Shown piece by piece: positions 1 through 10,035 of a stretch of 64,000 nt of DNA (position 1 is the first letter of the stretch; each line of letters starts with the position of its first letter). The position numbers and the translations under genes are program-made. The stretch spans positions 6,582-70,581 of the forward strand of contig CACPLH010000002.1 in NCBI GenBank assembly GCA_902634765.1. The letters are read 5' to 3'. The stretch comes from an uncultured Pelagibacteraceae bacterium (lineage in GTDB: Bacteria > Pseudomonadota > Alphaproteobacteria > Pelagibacterales > AG-422-B15). Under the pieces are notes generated by a model, which searched no databases, was not told the origin of the DNA, and saw only the letters and a program-made list of their open reading frames with translations.

Positions 1-292
1 GCATGCCACTTGCGATATTTAATCCAGCATTAATTGCTTCAAGAATTGTACTAATCCATGTTTCAGGCATTACACCGCCCGCATTGACAACTCCTATGAC
101 CATTGTTTTGCAACCTTTAGCAACCGCTTGTTCAATGCTCATTTCTGAAAGATCAAGCTTCGCTTTTGCATTTTCAAAAAATATTTGACCCACACACCAT
201 TCAGGCCTCCAAAAACTAATTCCAGCGGCAGTTTTTATTGCTAAATCGTCTTTTGCCTCACCCAAAAATAACAAATACGGCTTTGATATCAT
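1..292 (-). CDS. DUF1611/DgcN-like protein, N-terminal fragment (gene continues beyond left edge)
   Basis: Absent from the ORF track because no stop lies in the window. The reverse strand from ATG (cat at 290-292) is open to position 1 and reads MISKPYLLFLGEAKDDLAIKTAAGISFWRPEWCVGQ...CKTMVIGVVNAGGVMPETWISTILEAINAGLNIASGM. The pattern matches my memory of the DUF1611 family. Confidence 0.55.
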   Translation of the reverse strand, partial: MISKPYLLFLGEAKDDLAIKTAAGISFWRPEWCVGQIFFENAKAKLDLSEMSIEQAVAKGCKTMVIGVVNAGGVMPETWISTILEAINAGLNIASGM

Positions 293-397
293 GTATATAT
301 CCCTATTATTAACCTGTGAATAACTTGTTGATAGATGTTAAATAACTCAAAATTCAATATTTTTCTCTTAATTATCATTAGATTCTATAAAATACCT

Positions 398-486
398 TTC
401 GCAATGTAACGTTCATGCATTTTAGGGGCTCGACCGGCCCCCAAAAAAGCATCAAGGTAGGTTTAACTTGCTTTGGTGCTTTTTTG
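398..486 (+). ncRNA. Candidate small RNA or leader ending at an orphan intrinsic terminator (5' end is a guess)
   Basis: TATAAAAT at 386-393 is followed by three hairpins: 401-418, the GC-rich 425-441 (GGGGCT/GGCCCC), and a 13-bp stem at 449-479. A T-run follows at 480-485. No + strand gene lies upstream to be terminated. Confidence 0.25.
449..486 (+). terminator. Rho-independent terminator-like hairpin plus T-run
   Basis: GCATCAAGGTAGG (449-461) pairs with CTTGCTTTGGTGC (467-479), loop TTTAA, then TTTTTT. Four pairs are G-U wobbles that only work in the + strand RNA; on the - strand they become A-C mismatches. Confidence 0.5.
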
Positions 487-509
487 ATATAAATTCCCCA
501 AAATCATAA

Positions 510-1377
<868 letters not shown>

Positions 1378-1390
<13 letters not shown>

Positions 1391-1974
1391 CGTACTTTCT
1401 CTACTATAGGTAAATTAACTCTTTTCAAATTTGAAAAAAACTCTTCACCAGGATTATAAACTCTTAATGCAATACTAAAGTTTTCGTCAGGATTTACCCT
1501 TAGCCAGTTTTTATCAGAAATTTCTGTAATAAATTCATTATTGCCTAGAAAATAAATATCATATCCTCCAGTAGGATTGTAGTTTATGGTTTCACTATTG
1601 TAAGAATATAATTTCTCAGAATTTTCAATTAAGAAGCCATCTTCAGCATATGGATTTATACTCCACCAACGGGAATCGATATCTTCACCGCTCAATTTAT
1701 AGAGACAACTGCCTGAGAGAGGCTGCTCTTCAATATCAATCTCAGTCAAAAAGTAGGCTTGCTCAGGTTTTTTACTTGCTAAGGTACCCTGAGTTGCTAC
1801 CGCAGCCCTCGTATAAATGTTACGATCTGGGTCTCCAGGTGATGGAATGATTCTCCAAATATCATTTTTAATTGATGCAATTTCAGGATAAATTTTCGCT
1901 GCAATTACTGTTTCAAGAGCAGCAATGGCTACTATAATTAGAAAGTATAGCAAGTATTTACGAGCAAAAATCAT
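1378..1974 (-). CDS. Membrane-anchored hypothetical protein, DUF1214-like
   Basis: 198 aa with an N-terminal TM helix (YLLYFLIIVAIAALETVIAA). The C-terminal FSIALRVYNPGEEF resembles the DUF1214 R-x-Y-x-P end motif. Confidence 0.45.
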
Positions 1975-2026
1975 TGTAAAATCATTAATTAATACTATTT
2001 AATAGCATATAATCATAGATTAACAA

Positions 2027-3052
2027 ATGCCTGATCAAATAAAGACTGACTGCTTAATTGTTGGAGCTGGACCCGTTGGACTGTTTGCTGTATTTGAACT
2101 TGGCATTCTTGGAATAAATGCTGAAGTCATTGACAACCTAGATAAGATTGGAGGTCAATGCGCAGAACTATATCCTGATAAACCTATTTATGATATTCCT
2201 GGTTTGCCAGAATGCACTGGCCAATCTTTAATTGATAACTTGCTAAAGCAGATTAAGCCATTCAAAACAAACTTTCATCTCAATCAGAGAGTAGACTCAA
2301 TAAAAAAGATTGATGATCAATGGCTTGCAATTACCTCTACTGGAACCGAAATACTTACTCCAAATATATTTATTGCAGGAGGAGTAGGGTCCTTTGAGCC
2401 AAGAAAACCACCAATTGACGGAATTAATAAATTTGAAAATAAAGGACTCTCTTACTCGGTTATAAATAAAGATTATTATAAAGATAAAAAAATTGTAATT
2501 TTTGGTGGGGGAGATTCCGCACTAGATTGGACTGTTGAGCTAGCAAAGATTGCAAAAAAAATAATTTTAGTTCATAGAAGAGACGAATTTAAAGCCGTTG
2601 AGCATACAGTTAATCAAATGCGTGAACTTGTTAAAAGTGGAAAGGTGGAGCTTCTTACTAAGTATCAAATTAATAATATTTTAGGTGATGATAATATATC
2701 TTCCGTTGAAATTAAGAGTAATGAAGGAAACTTGGAAACAAGAGATTGCGATGAAGTACTTATTTTTCATGGATTGAAAATGGAACTTGGACCAATAAAT
2801 GATTGGGGGCTAAACCTTGATGAAAAGCAAATTTCAGTAAATACAGAAGATTTTGAAACTAATTTGCCTGGAATTTTTGCAATTGGGGATATCTCTAATT
2901 ATCCTGGCAAGCTCAAGCTTATATTGTCTGGATTTCATGAAGCTGCATTAGCAGCACAAGCAGCATTTAAAAGAGCCCGACCTAATGAAAATCTTGTATT
3001 TAGATATACAACATCGTCAAAAGATATTCAGGAAAAACTTGGAGTAAAATAG
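2027..3052 (+). CDS. Ferredoxin-NADP+ reductase, thioredoxin-reductase-like type
   Basis: 341 aa. Has the GAGPVG FAD Rossmann motif, IGGQC..YPDKPIYDIPG, and a second GGGDSALD nucleotide motif. This resembles the YumC-type FNR family. Confidence 0.85.
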   Translation: MPDQIKTDCLIVGAGPVGLFAVFELGILGINAEVIDNLDKIGGQCAELYPDKPIYDIPGLPECTGQSLIDNLLKQIKPFKTNFHLNQRVDSIKKIDDQWLAITSTGTEILTPNIFIAGGVGSFEPRKPPIDGINKFENKGLSYSVINKDYYKDKKIVIFGGGDSALDWTVELAKIAKKIILVHRRDEFKAVEHTVNQMRELVKSGKVELLTKYQINNILGDDNISSVEIKSNEGNLETRDCDEVLIFHGLKMELGPINDWGLNLDEKQISVNTEDFETNLPGIFAIGDISNYPGKLKLILSGFHEAALAAQAAFKRARPNENLVFRYTTSSKDIQEKLGVK

Positions 3053-3675
3053 TGTTCGGCAAACTATACACAAAGCATGTGTGTCCTCATATTATAAATT
3101 TTGCTATGCAAAATAAGGTTATTTCTAAGCAAAGAGAAAAGATTATACCTTCAGCTAGAGGCAGAGTTCTCGAAATTGGTATAGGATCTGGCTTAAATTT
3201 TTCACTTTATGATAAATCAAAAATTAATGACGTATTCGCTGTAGAGCCAGATAATATTTTACTTGAGAAAGCAAAAAAAAGAGCACTGGACAACAATATT
3301 GATTTAAATATTGAAAAAATTTCAGCTGAGATGCTCCCATATGAAAACGAATTTTTTGATACAGTAATTAGCACTTATACGATGTGTTCTATCTCAGATT
3401 TAAATTCTGCTTTAAAGGAAATAAGAAGAGTTTTAAAAAAAGATGGAATATTTTTATTTTCTGAACACGGTAAATCTCCTGATGATAATATTTATAAATG
3501 GCAGAAAAGGTTAAATCCTATTCAAGGAGCTTTATTTGGTGGCTGTCAATTAGATGTCGATATACAAACAACATTGAATACATCCAAATTTGAATTTCAT
3601 AATATTGAAAGTATGTATGTGCCTGGGCCTAAATTTTTAAGCTATCATTATTGGGGAACCGCATTAAAAAAATGA
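3052..3675 (+). CDS. Class I SAM-dependent methyltransferase (type 11)
   Basis: 207 aa with the SAM motif VLEIGIGSGLN. The GTG start overlaps the FNR stop by 1 nt. Confidence 0.8.
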   Translation: MFGKLYTKHVCPHIINFAMQNKVISKQREKIIPSARGRVLEIGIGSGLNFSLYDKSKINDVFAVEPDNILLEKAKKRALDNNIDLNIEKISAEMLPYENEFFDTVISTYTMCSISDLNSALKEIRRVLKKDGIFLFSEHGKSPDDNIYKWQKRLNPIQGALFGGCQLDVDIQTTLNTSKFEFHNIESMYVPGPKFLSYHYWGTALKK

Positions 3676-4313
3676 TAAACAACGCTAAAATGAATTCTGT
3701 TTTGAATTATGTATTTAAGAATGCCAAGCAAGACGACCCGCAGTCAGTATTAAATACAATTGACTCCTTTGTTTCAGAAAATAATACTTTTTTGATGAAT
3801 GTTGGACCTGAAAAAGGAAAACTGTTGGCTGAGGCAATAAAAGATCATAAACCTTTAAATGCATTAGAGCTTGGCTCATTCCTTGGATACTCTGCAATAA
3901 TTATAGCTATGTTCTTACCAGAAGCTGGTTCTTTAGTTAGCGTTGATCATGATAAAGACTCAGTAGCTGCGTCAAAGGAGATATTAAAATATGCAGGGCT
4001 AGAAAATAAAGTTCACTTTATAAACTCAACTTCCGATGAAGCAATAAATGCTTTAAAAGTGTCATTTGATTTTATATTTATTGATCATGAAAAAAATCGT
4101 TATTACAGTGACTTGTTATTAATGGAGAATTTAAATTTGATAAATAAAGGTGGAATCGTTTTTGCTGATAATGTTGGTATTTTTGAGGACAAAATGAAAG
4201 ATTATTTTTCTCATGTTCGAGATTCAGGCGCATATACATCAAAAAATATTGGAGCACGTTTAGAATACCGGGATAATGTTTATGATGCAGTTGAAATTTC
4301 AAAATTTAATTAG
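3672..4313 (+). CDS. Catechol-O-methyltransferase-like class I O-methyltransferase
   Basis: LELGSFLGYSAIIIA, VDHDKDS and FIFIDHEKNRY resemble the COMT motifs (cf. LDHWKDRY). I place the start at ATG 3672, which forms an ATGA overlap with the upstream stop, rather than at the track's TTG 3651. Confidence 0.75.
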   Translation: MINNAKMNSVLNYVFKNAKQDDPQSVLNTIDSFVSENNTFLMNVGPEKGKLLAEAIKDHKPLNALELGSFLGYSAIIIAMFLPEAGSLVSVDHDKDSVAASKEILKYAGLENKVHFINSTSDEAINALKVSFDFIFIDHEKNRYYSDLLLMENLNLINKGGIVFADNVGIFEDKMKDYFSHVRDSGAYTSKNIGARLEYRDNVYDAVEISKFN

Positions 4314-4324
4314 ATAATAGACTT

Positions 4325-5791
4325 ATGAATAGTTTTTATAATGTATTAGTAATTGGAGCAGGAATTTCTGGTATTGGAGCAGGACATTATTTAAAAAAAA
4401 ATTGTCCAAATAAGAGCTTTGCTATCATTGAAAATAGAGATTCTATTGGTGGGACATGGGATTTATTTAAGTATCCAGGAATAAGGTCGGACTCCGATAT
4501 GTTTACTTTAGGGTATGCTTTTAAACCATGGATAAGTGAGAAAGCTATTGCAGATGGACCATCAATTCTTGAGTATTTAAATGAGACGGTTAGAGAAAAT
4601 AACCTTAAAGAAAATATAAATTTTAATAAAAAAGTGATCTCGGCACATTGGAGATCAGAAGATGACTTGTGGAAAGTTGTAATTAGAGACAATATTTCTG
4701 AGGAAGAAAAAGAAGTTACATGTAATTTTTTATTTATGTGTACAGGTTATTATAAGTATGAAAATGGCTATACCCCCGATTTTCCAGGTATTGAAAATTT
4801 CAATGGCCAAGTTATTCATCCTCAGCATTGGCCTGAAAGCCTGAATTACGAAAATAAAAAAGTAATTGTAATTGGTAGTGGAGCAACTGCAGCAACAATA
4901 GTTCCAGAATTATCAAAAAAAACTAAATACGTAACAATGTTGCAGAGATCCCCTACATATTTTGTTTCTTATCCTGATATAGACTTATTAGCTAATCGAT
5001 TGAGAAAGATTTTGCCAAAAAGTCTCGCTTACACGATCATTAGATTAAGGAATGTATTCTTTCAACAATGGCTTTATACGATATGTAGGAAATACCCCAA
5101 GTTCATAAAAAAAAGATTATTAAAAGCTGTTAAAGAAGTATTGCCTGACGCAAATATAGAAAAAGATTTTAATCCTCGCTATAACCCTTGGGAACAAAGA
5201 ATGTGTCTTGTGCCAAATGGGGATCTGTTTGAGTCAATTAAGAGTAATGGCGTAAAAATAGAAACAGATGAAATTGAACACTTTAAAAACAATGGCATCA
5301 AACTAAAGTCATCCAAAGAACTTGAAGCCGATATAGTTATTACAGCTACTGGTCTAAATCTTCAGCAGTTTGGAGGAACAGAAATATTTGTAGATAACAA
5401 TAAAATTAATCCAGCTGAAACAATGACATATAAAAGTATGATGTTTAGTGGAATTCCTAATTTTGCTAATTCTTTTGGTTATATTAATGCATCTTGGACT
5501 CTAAAAGCAGATTTAACATGTGAGTTTGTTTGTAAACTTTTAAACCATATGGATAAAAATGGTTTCAGTTCTTGCGTTCCTAATCCAGACCAGTCAGTAA
5601 AAGAACAGGAGGACTGGCTTGCTTCTGAATTTTCGTCTGGATACATTCATAGAGCAATTCATCTTTTCCCTAAGACAGGAGATAAATCTCCTTGGACGAA
5701 TAATCAGAATTATTTTAAGGATTTTTATGAGATTAAGTTTGGCAAAGTAAATGATGGTGCAATTTCATTTAAACAAGAAAAAATTGCTTAA
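4325..5791 (+). CDS. Type I Baeyer-Villiger flavin monooxygenase (EthA-like)
   Basis: 488 aa. Has the GAGISG FAD motif, the BVMO fingerprint FNGQVIHPQHWP (FxGxxxHxxxWP), and a second GSGATA motif. Confidence 0.85.
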   Translation: MNSFYNVLVIGAGISGIGAGHYLKKNCPNKSFAIIENRDSIGGTWDLFKYPGIRSDSDMFTLGYAFKPWISEKAIADGPSILEYLNETVRENNLKENINFNKKVISAHWRSEDDLWKVVIRDNISEEEKEVTCNFLFMCTGYYKYENGYTPDFPGIENFNGQVIHPQHWPESLNYENKKVIVIGSGATAATIVPELSKKTKYVTMLQRSPTYFVSYPDIDLLANRLRKILPKSLAYTIIRLRNVFFQQWLYTICRKYPKFIKKRLLKAVKEVLPDANIEKDFNPRYNPWEQRMCLVPNGDLFESIKSNGVKIETDEIEHFKNNGIKLKSSKELEADIVITATGLNLQQFGGTEIFVDNNKINPAETMTYKSMMFSGIPNFANSFGYINASWTLKADLTCEFVCKLLNHMDKNGFSSCVPNPDQSVKEQEDWLASEFSSGYIHRAIHLFPKTGDKSPWTNNQNYFKDFYEIKFGKVNDGAISFKQEKIA

Positions 5792-7426
5792 TTACTGATT
5801 TGTCATTTTTCTTAGTTCGTACTTCAAAATTTTTCCTGTAGATGTTTTTGGTAGCTCAGTAAATATTACTTTTTTAGGACATTTAAATCCTGCAAGTGTT
5901 TCTTTACAAAAATTAATAATATCTTTATCGCTTACACTGTCATTTGTGTCCTTAAGTTCGATGAATGCACATGGAGTTTCACCCCATTTTTCGTCAGGCT
6001 GCGCAACAACTGCAGCAAATAAAACTGAAGGATGCTTATAAAGTGTATTTTCAATTTCTACTGAGGAAATATTTTCACCACCTGATATAATTATATCTTT
6101 ACTTCGATCTTTAATCTGAATGTATCCGTTTGGATACATAACAGCTAAGTCACCTGAGTGAAACCATCCTTGTGCCATAGACTTATCAGTTTCTTCTTTA
6201 TTTTTTAGATAGCCTTTCATAACACAGTTACCTCGGATCATTATTTCTCCAATATCTTCACCATTATTTTCAACAGGTTGCATCGTTTCAGGATTTAAAA
6301 CCGCAAGAGATTCCATCATAGGAAAATTAACACCTTGTCTTGATTTTAATTGAGCTTGTTCTTCCGCAGATAATTCGTTCCATTCTTCTTGCCATGCACA
6401 TATTGAAACATGACCATAAGTTTCTGTTAAGCCATAAACATGATTGACTTTTAATCCCATTTTTTGAACTGCTTCAAGTGTCGCGGCTGGCGGAGGGGCG
6501 CCAGCAGTTACAACATTTACCGTATGATTAATTTCTTTTTTCTCTTCAGCTGTTGCTTGTGCTAAAAAATTTAAAACAATCGGAGCACCGCCAAAATGAG
6601 TGACTTTATGATCAGCTATTGCATCAAACATATTTTTTGCAGACACATAACGCATACATATACTTGTGCCAGCCAATGCAGTTAGTGTGTAAGGGTTCCC
6701 CCAGCCATTACAATGAAACATAGGTACAATCCACATATAGGTTGGATGCATAGGCATGCTCAAGGCTGTTACTGTGCCAAGAGACATCAAGTAAGATCCT
6801 CGATGATGATAAACAACTCCTTTTGGAAGACCTGTTGTACCAGATGTGTAATTAAGAGCTATTGAGTCCCATTCATCTGAAGGCATAATAAATTCAAAAT
6901 CTTGATCACCCTGACTAAGAAATTCTTCATATTCATATTTGCCTAATCTATCACCTGATCCTTCAGGGAGATTAGCTAAAGAGTCGACTATATCAATTAC
7001 AAGAATATCTTTATTTAATTTTTCTAAACTTTTTTTAACTGTCGGTGAAAGTTCTGTATCAGTTATAAGAGCTTTGGCTTCACTATGTTCAAGAATATAA
7101 GCTATTGTTTCAACATCTAATCGAATATTAATTGTATTTAAAACTGCACCAATCATTGGAACCGCATAGTGAGCTTCATAAATTTCAGGCGTATTAAATG
7201 ACAAGATAGAAACAGTATCATTCTTTCCAATGCCATTTTTTGATAGTGCGCTAGCAAATTGCAAACTTCTTTTATAAGTTTGCTCCCAATTATAAATTCT
7301 ATCCCCGTGTACTATTGATGTTTTATGAGGATAAACCTCAGCTGATCTTTTTAGAAAACTTAATGGAGTAAGAGGAACAAAATTAGCATCATTTTTATTT
7401 AAATTTGTATTGTACATATCAGTCAT
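5792..7426 (-). CDS. AMP-forming short/medium-chain acyl-CoA synthetase (AAE7/ACN1-like)
   Basis: 544 aa. Has the AMP-binding motif YTSGTTGLPKGV, an N-terminus ANFVPLTPLSFLKRSAEVYP, and the C-terminal GKILK. Its start overlaps the fhs stop by 1 nt (TAATG). Confidence 0.85.
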   Translation of the reverse strand: MTDMYNTNLNKNDANFVPLTPLSFLKRSAEVYPHKTSIVHGDRIYNWEQTYKRSLQFASALSKNGIGKNDTVSILSFNTPEIYEAHYAVPMIGAVLNTINIRLDVETIAYILEHSEAKALITDTELSPTVKKSLEKLNKDILVIDIVDSLANLPEGSGDRLGKYEYEEFLSQGDQDFEFIMPSDEWDSIALNYTSGTTGLPKGVVYHHRGSYLMSLGTVTALSMPMHPTYMWIVPMFHCNGWGNPYTLTALAGTSICMRYVSAKNMFDAIADHKVTHFGGAPIVLNFLAQATAEEKKEINHTVNVVTAGAPPPAATLEAVQKMGLKVNHVYGLTETYGHVSICAWQEEWNELSAEEQAQLKSRQGVNFPMMESLAVLNPETMQPVENNGEDIGEIMIRGNCVMKGYLKNKEETDKSMAQGWFHSGDLAVMYPNGYIQIKDRSKDIIISGGENISSVEIENTLYKHPSVLFAAVVAQPDEKWGETPCAFIELKDTNDSVSDKDIINFCKETLAGFKCPKKVIFTELPKTSTGKILKYELRKMTNQ

Positions 7427-9099
7427 TAAAATAGCCCTTCAATTTCTCCATCTTTATTCAAGTGTATTGCGTCAGCAGCAGGAACCCTTGGAAGGCCAGG
7501 CATTGTCATTATCTTATCACAAACAACGACAAGGAACTCTGCTCCGGCAGCAAGTCTGATTTCACGAATTGGGACAACATGCCCTTTAGGCGCTCCTCGT
7601 AAATTAGGATCAGTTGAAAAACTATATTGAGTTTTAGCAACACAGATAGGGTAGGAACCATAGTCTTTTTGAAGTTCATCAAATTGGCTTTTAATTTTTT
7701 GATCAGCAATTATATCATCAGCGCCATAAATTTCAGTTGCAATAGTTCTCATTTTTTCCCAAAGAGTAGTTTCGCTAGTGTATAAATGTTTAAGATCTGC
7801 CTCTCCACTTTCAGCAACTGAAGCAATATGTTCAGCGAGGTCAGTTGCACCAGCGCCTCCATCAGCCCAATGCTTACAATTAAACGCTTTGACTCCCAAA
7901 TTTTCACAGCAATCTTCAACTACTTTGAGTTCACTTTCTGTATCTAAAATAAAATGATTGATAGCAACTGATACAGGAACATTAAATTTTTTAATATTTG
8001 CGATGTGCTGTTCTAAATTAGCCAATCCTTTTTTGACAGCTTCAACATTTTCACTCTTTAGTTCCTTTTTATCTACGCCACCATGCATTTTAAGTGCACG
8101 AACTGTTGCAACTAGTACAATTGCTGATGGATTTAAATCTCCTTTTCGACATTTTATATCAAGAAATTTCTCTGCACCAAGATCAGCACCAAATCCAGCT
8201 TCAGTAACAACATAATCGCTTAATTTTAAGGCTGTTTGTGTAGCGATTAATGAATTGCATCCATGTGCAATGTTTGCAAAAGGACCACCATGAATGATTG
8301 CGGGATTCTTTTCAAGTGTTTGAACTAAATTTGGTAGAAATGCATCTTTAAGTAAAGTTGTCATTGCTCCGTCTGCATTTAATTCTCTTGCTCGAATTTC
8401 TTTTCTATCTCTAGTGTAGCCAATAATAATGTTTCCAAGTCTATTTTGTAAATCTTCTAGACTTGTAGATAAGCAAAAAATTGCCATTACTTCTGAGGCA
8501 ACAGTAATATCAAATTTTTCTTCACGAGGAAAACCATTTGCAACACCACCTAAATTGACATTCACTGCTCTTAATGATCGATCATTCAAATCAACAACAC
8601 GACCCCATACAATCCTTCTTACATCAATTTCTAATTTGTTTCCCCAGTAAATATGATTATCAATTAATGATGAAAGTAAATTATGAGCTGATGTAATTGC
8701 ATGGAAATCACCAGTAAAATGTAAATTTATTTTTTCCATTGGAACGACTTGAGCGTAACCTCCACCAGCTGCACCACCTTTGACGCCAAAGCAAGGTCCA
8801 AGGCTAGGCTCTCTTAAACAGACAATTGATTGTTTGCCAATTTTGTTTAATGCATCATTAAGTCCTACGGATGTAGTTGTCTTTCCTTCTCCTGCTGGAG
8901 TTGGAGAAATAGCAGTTACAAGAATCAGTTTACCATTTTCAGCTTTATCAAGGTTTTTAAGCTTAGCTGTGTCAATTTTTGCAATATAATGACCAAATTT
9001 TTGCAAAGACTCTTCTGTGAGGTTAAGCTTCTTGGCCACATCCTCAATTTGCACCATAGAATTTTGTCTTGCAATTTCAATATCTGAGAGAGTGGCCAT
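7426..9099 (-). CDS. fhs: Formate-tetrahydrofolate ligase
   Basis: 557 aa. Has the [11 protein letters not shown]-loop and full-length FTHFS-like sequence. Confidence 0.95.
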   Translation of the reverse strand: MATLSDIEIARQNSMVQIEDVAKKLNLTEESLQKFGHYIAKIDTAKLKNLDKAENGKLILVTAISPTPAGEGKTTTSVGLNDALNKIGKQSIVCLREPSLGPCFGVKGGAAGGGYAQVVPMEKINLHFTGDFHAITSAHNLLSSLIDNHIYWGNKLEIDVRRIVWGRVVDLNDRSLRAVNVNLGGVANGFPREEKFDITVASEVMAIFCLSTSLEDLQNRLGNIIIGYTRDRKEIRARELNADGAMTTLLKDAFLPNLVQTLEKNPAIIHGGPFANIAHGCNSLIATQTALKLSDYVVTEAGFGADLGAEKFLDIKCRKGDLNPSAIVLVATVRALKMHGGVDKKELKSENVEAVKKGLANLEQHIANIKKFNVPVSVAINHFILDTESELKVVEDCCENLGVKAFNCKHWADGGAGATDLAEHIASVAESGEADLKHLYTSETTLWEKMRTIATEIYGADDIIADQKIKSQFDELQKDYGSYPICVAKTQYSFSTDPNLRGAPKGHVVPIREIRLAAGAEFLVVVCDKIMTMPGLPRVPAADAIHLNKDGEIEGLF

Positions 9100-9168
9100 A
9101 AGTTTCCTTCTTAATTTTTTAAAGAGGCGATCACCTTAGAAAGTTTCAATATTATTGTCTATGAAAAA

Positions 9169-10035
9169 ATGTGTTGTCAGAAAGGAAAAATCTATCTAAA
9201 TTTCTCAATTGAGGAGACCATAGAACCTTGCAAAATTAAGCCAAGCAATGGTTCTTTAGAGTCGCGTGGCTTAAGCGTATACATTGTTGGATTTATGGGG
9301 AATGTTAATTTTTCATTAGAAGTTACAACACGTACTGTGCTTGATGATCTTCCCAAAATTAATGATATTTATGTAACTTTTTTACCAGGGACTGATTACA
9401 AAGATGTGATTAAACAGTCAGTAAATCTTGTTAATTCAGGTTATAATGCAATCCCTCATTTTCCTGCACGATCAATCAAAAATTTAGACATGCTGAAAGA
9501 ATTTGTTTTACAAATAAAAGAGGGTGGAGTTAAGCAGGTTTTAATTATAGGAGGTGATCGAGATATTCTAGGGGACTATCATTGTTCACTTCAATTAATT
9601 GAAACAGGTTTGTTTGACGGACTTAAAATAGGTATTGCAGGACATCCAGAAGGCTCGCCTAACATGGATAACGATACTATTGAGGAAGCAATGAAGTCAA
9701 AAGCACCATTTGCTGATTATATTGTTACTCAATGGACTCAAGATACAGACGCAATAATCGACTATGTCAATCGTATGCCTCTTCCTGTGCACATAGGTGT
9801 AGCAGGACCAGCTTCAATAAAAACATTAGTTAAGTTTGCTGGATTTGTTGGCTTAAAAAACTCACTTAATTTTGCAAAAAAAAATGCAGGCAAAATTTTT
9901 GACTTATTGAACGTTCAGACACCTGATGAGGTCATTCAAGAAGTTAAAAACAATGTAAACAATTTCCACATTTATGCATTTGGTGGAATAAAAAAAACAA
10001 AAGAATGGTTAGAAAAGGAGAACTATTATGTCTAA
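9169..10035 (+). CDS. Methylenetetrahydrofolate reductase family protein (MetF-like)
   Basis: NFSLEVTTRT, HFPARS and GHPEG resemble MTHFR motifs. The start is uncertain: 9169 gives about 288 aa (normal MTHFR length) and the frame is open for 42 codons upstream of the alternative ATG at 9295. Confidence 0.7.
   Translation: MCCQKGKIYLNFSIEETIEPCKIKPSNGSLESRGLSVYIVGFMGNVNFSLEVTTRTVLDDLPKINDIYVTFLPGTDYKDVIKQSVNLVNSGYNAIPHFPARSIKNLDMLKEFVLQIKEGGVKQVLIIGGDRDILGDYHCSLQLIETGLFDGLKIGIAGHPEGSPNMDNDTIEEAMKSKAPFADYIVTQWTQDTDAIIDYVNRMPLPVHIGVAGPASIKTLVKFAGFVGLKNSLNFAKKNAGKIFDLLNVQTPDEVIQEVKNNVNNFHIYAFGGIKKTKEWLEKENYYV

Noticed and set aside
3-188. A 61-aa + strand ORF at the left edge.
   Set aside because: It is antisense to a much more convincing DUF1611-like reading frame that is open across 1-292 on the - strand.
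4325-5791. Considered whether the flavin monooxygenase is the SAR11-type trimethylamine monooxygenase (Tmm).
   Set aside because: The fingerprint is FxGxxxHxxxWP (FNGQVIHPQHWP), which is diagnostic for Baeyer-Villiger monooxygenases. The FMO/Tmm type has Y or F at that position.
9222-9274. Pseudoknot-like complementarity upstream of the conserved MTHFR core. AGAACC (9222-9227) pairs with GGTTCT (9250-9255), interleaved with TTAAGCCA (9236-9243) pairing with TGGCTTAA (9267-9274). This suggested a SAM-II/SAM-V-style or folate riboswitch.
   Set aside because: The reading frame is open for 42 codons from 9169 through this segment, which is unlikely for non-coding DNA this AT-rich. Starting at 9169 also gives a normal MTHFR length. 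I could not recognise any known riboswitch consensus. It is most likely coding sequence.
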